Source of the DNA: Streptomyces phage Forrest
Strand: one strand, 5' to 3'
Sequence record: MZ820093.1
Length of the DNA: 24,000 nucleotides
The notes below the pieces were generated by a model. That model ran no database searches, was not told where the DNA came from, and saw nothing but the letters and a program-made list of their open reading frames with translations. Every line of letters begins with the position of its first letter. Position 1 is the stretch's first letter. Shown here piece after piece: positions 22,570 through 24,000 of the stretch. The position numbers and the translations under genes were made by a program.

Positions 22570-22770
22570 ATGGCTATTTACAAGTATGAGATTACTGTGG
22601 TAGAGTCAGAGCGTGGTTGGGGCAGAGACTCTTGGACTGAAGAGTTTGACACTCCAGAGAAGGCTCAGGAACGCATTGATGAAATCAATGGAAGGAATAA
22701 GCCTGGTCCTGCTCCCGATTATTACATGCAAGCATATGCAGAAATCCGGGCGGTTCGTAAGGAGGCGTAA
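22570..22770 (+). CDS. hypothetical protein
   Basis: TTGGAGG RBS then ATG. Confidence 0.78.
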   Translation: MAIYKYEITVVESERGWGRDSWTEEFDTPEKAQERIDEINGRNKPGPAPDYYMQAYAEIRAVRKEA

Positions 22771-22913
22771 TGGCTGGAAAACTACCAGGACATAAGTGGA
22801 AGGTAGAAGGCTCAGACAAAAACAAGTCGGCATTTATCTATAAGTGTAATAGGTGCGGATGTGTGACACTCAGTGGCGAACCACTGCCAGCACCGTATGA
22901 CAAGACATGCTAA
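22770..22913 (+). CDS. 47-aa zinc-binding-like protein (CNRCGC)
   Basis: hand-translated MAGKLPGHKWKVEGSDKNKSAFIYKCNRCGCVTLSG.. Confidence 0.65.
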   Translation: MAGKLPGHKWKVEGSDKNKSAFIYKCNRCGCVTLSGEPLPAPYDKTC

Positions 22914-22914
22914 C

Positions 22915-22944
22915 TTGACAACCAACGAGAAAGGTTGGTAGTAT
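22915..22944 (+). promoter_or_regulatory. promoter
   Basis: TTGACA - 18 nt - TAGTAT, 6 nt before ATG 22951; dyad ACCAAC/GTTGGT in spacer. Confidence 0.7.
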
Positions 22945-22950
22945 CTGACC

Positions 22951-23115
22951 ATGAGATACGACGTTAGGAAAGACCCAAATGACGACACACAGTGGGTTAT
23001 CTGGGATGCTGTAGAAGAGCGCGTTTTTGCCCGGTATAGTAATCCAGATGAACCTCAGGCTATCGTTGACAAGTATCATGCTGCACAACTAGCAGCAGAA
23101 GCAAAGGGAGAGTAA
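22951..23115 (+). CDS. 54-aa hypothetical protein
   Basis: hand-translated MRYDVRKDPNDDTQWVIWDAVEERVF..AKGE. Confidence 0.65.
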   Translation: MRYDVRKDPNDDTQWVIWDAVEERVFARYSNPDEPQAIVDKYHAAQLAAEAKGE

Positions 23116-23118
23116 TAC

Positions 23119-23496
23119 ATGGTTGAGTACAATACTACGTGTATTGTTGGTGGTACCAATATTCTTTGTGACCTTAAGTTTGATAAGAAGGTTCCAGCAG
23201 AAGTGAGCTTTACATTCCATGTGGAAGAGGATAAGTCCCCTGAATGGATTTTTTCTCGTGAACTTCTCAAGGATGCCATGAATGCTGATGGCGTTTCTGG
23301 TCATGGAGATGTTGCATTTTATGACCACGGAGATGCAATCAGTATGCTCTTGCGCTCTCCTGAAGGAACTGGCCTTGCGATTTTTCAGCGGGGTGTTATT
23401 AAGGAATTCGTAGACGATATCTACAGTGAAGTTCCTGATGACTCGCTAAACCTCAGTGATGATGAGCTGAGCGAATGGCTTGACGGTTTGGTTTAA
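23119..23496 (+). CDS. hypothetical protein
   Basis: ORF. Confidence 0.75.
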   Translation: MVEYNTTCIVGGTNILCDLKFDKKVPAEVSFTFHVEEDKSPEWIFSRELLKDAMNADGVSGHGDVAFYDHGDAISMLLRSPEGTGLAIFQRGVIKEFVDDIYSEVPDDSLNLSDDELSEWLDGLV

Positions 23497-23533
23497 TAAG
23501 CTCTTGGGGGTACAATGGACTCAGGAGGCAAGA

Positions 23534-23701
23534 ATGGATTTGAATTTCAGCATGAACCCAGGTCTAGAAGTTTGGCTAGGCATTCTCCCACCACAGTGGG
23601 ATGAAGATGATTTCGATGATTGGGAGGAAGAGGAATTCAAGGTAACCCAGAAGCGCCGAATCATTAATATTCGTAAGTCAGATTTCCGGCGAAATTTCTG
23701 A
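23534..23701 (+). CDS. acidic hypothetical protein
   Basis: AGGAGG RBS before internal ATG. Confidence 0.65.
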   Translation: MDLNFSMNPGLEVWLGILPPQWDEDDFDDWEEEEFKVTQKRRIINIRKSDFRRNF

Positions 23702-23719
23702 GGGGTTCGTAAAGAGCCC

Positions 23720-23741
23720 TTGCCCCTTCGGGGGCAAGCTT
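23720..23741 (+). promoter_or_regulatory. TTGCCCC-TTCG-GGGGCAA hairpin + AAGCTT
   Basis: perfect 7-bp UUCG stem overlapping AAGCTT. Confidence 0.7.
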
Positions 23742-23749
23742 CCAGAGGG

Positions 23750-23778
23750 TTGACACAAGGTCCCCTCTCGTCTAAGGT
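23750..23778 (+). promoter_or_regulatory. promoter
   Basis: TTGACA - 17 nt - TAAGGT, 7 nt before ATG 23786; flanked by AGAGGG/CCCTCT. Confidence 0.6.
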
Positions 23779-23785
23779 GGTTGAT

Positions 23786-23989
23786 ATGCAGGTCGGAGGA
23801 ATTTATCGTTTCCAGGGTTCTACCACCACTGTTCGTGTGGTAGGCTTTGAGCGTGCAGGGTTGTTTCGCAAGTACGTGAAGTTTGAGACTCTGCACAATG
23901 GTCAGGTTTGTGGTCCCGTTCGTGAGGTTCTGAAGAGCTACGCAATGAGCAACTGGGAACCTGTTGACGTAGACCACTCGGTAGTGTAA
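23786..23989 (+). CDS. small SH3-like hypothetical protein
   Basis: MQVGGIYRFQGSTTTVRVVGFERAG; internal ATG. Confidence 0.7.
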   Translation: MQVGGIYRFQGSTTTVRVVGFERAGLFRKYVKFETLHNGQVCGPVREVLKSYAMSNWEPVDVDHSVV

Positions 23990-24000
23990 GGTAGTAACTA

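Noticed and set aside
1-24000. Search for CRISPR array, retron/DGR reverse transcriptase, or toxin-antitoxin pair
   Set aside because: No regularly spaced direct repeats, no RT motifs (YxDD), and no recognisable TA signatures were seen by eye.

Overview
The window looks like a non-structural, tRNA-rich region of a large actinobacteriophage (probably Streptomyces-type; this is inference from a WhiB-like gene, gene style and promoters). All supported genes are on the + strand. Recognisable content: RNA ligase (Rnl1-like), polynucleotide-kinase-like P-loop protein, a second RNA ligase (Rnl2-like), macro domain protein, rIIA-like and rIIB-like proteins, metallophosphoesterase, WhiB-like regulator, thioredoxin, KTSC-domain protein, six homing-endonuclease-like ORFs (5 HNH/EndoVII, 1 LAGLIDADG), twelve tRNA genes, several small membrane, zinc-ribbon and KOW/SH3-like proteins. 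The strongest unexplained patterns are: (1) a shared geometry in which a complete sigma70-like promoter ends exactly 6 nt before the ATG (predicted leaderless mRNAs) of all six homing endonucleases and at least two other genes; (2) a recurrent intergenic module of UUCG/GNRA-type tetraloop hairpin followed by AAGCTT and the next RBS; (3) a 16-bp perfect inverted repeat spanning a promoter and the start codon at 11040-11130; (4) an HNH gene between a macro domain ORF and a second diverged copy of that ORF's C-terminus; (5) homing endonucleases abutting tRNA genes, one overlapping tRNA-Ser and preceded by a probable tRNA-Ser 5' half; (6) promoters whose -35 lies in or next to dyads, including two terminator hairpins with TTGACA in the loop. 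No CRISPR array, retron or diversity-generating system was seen.
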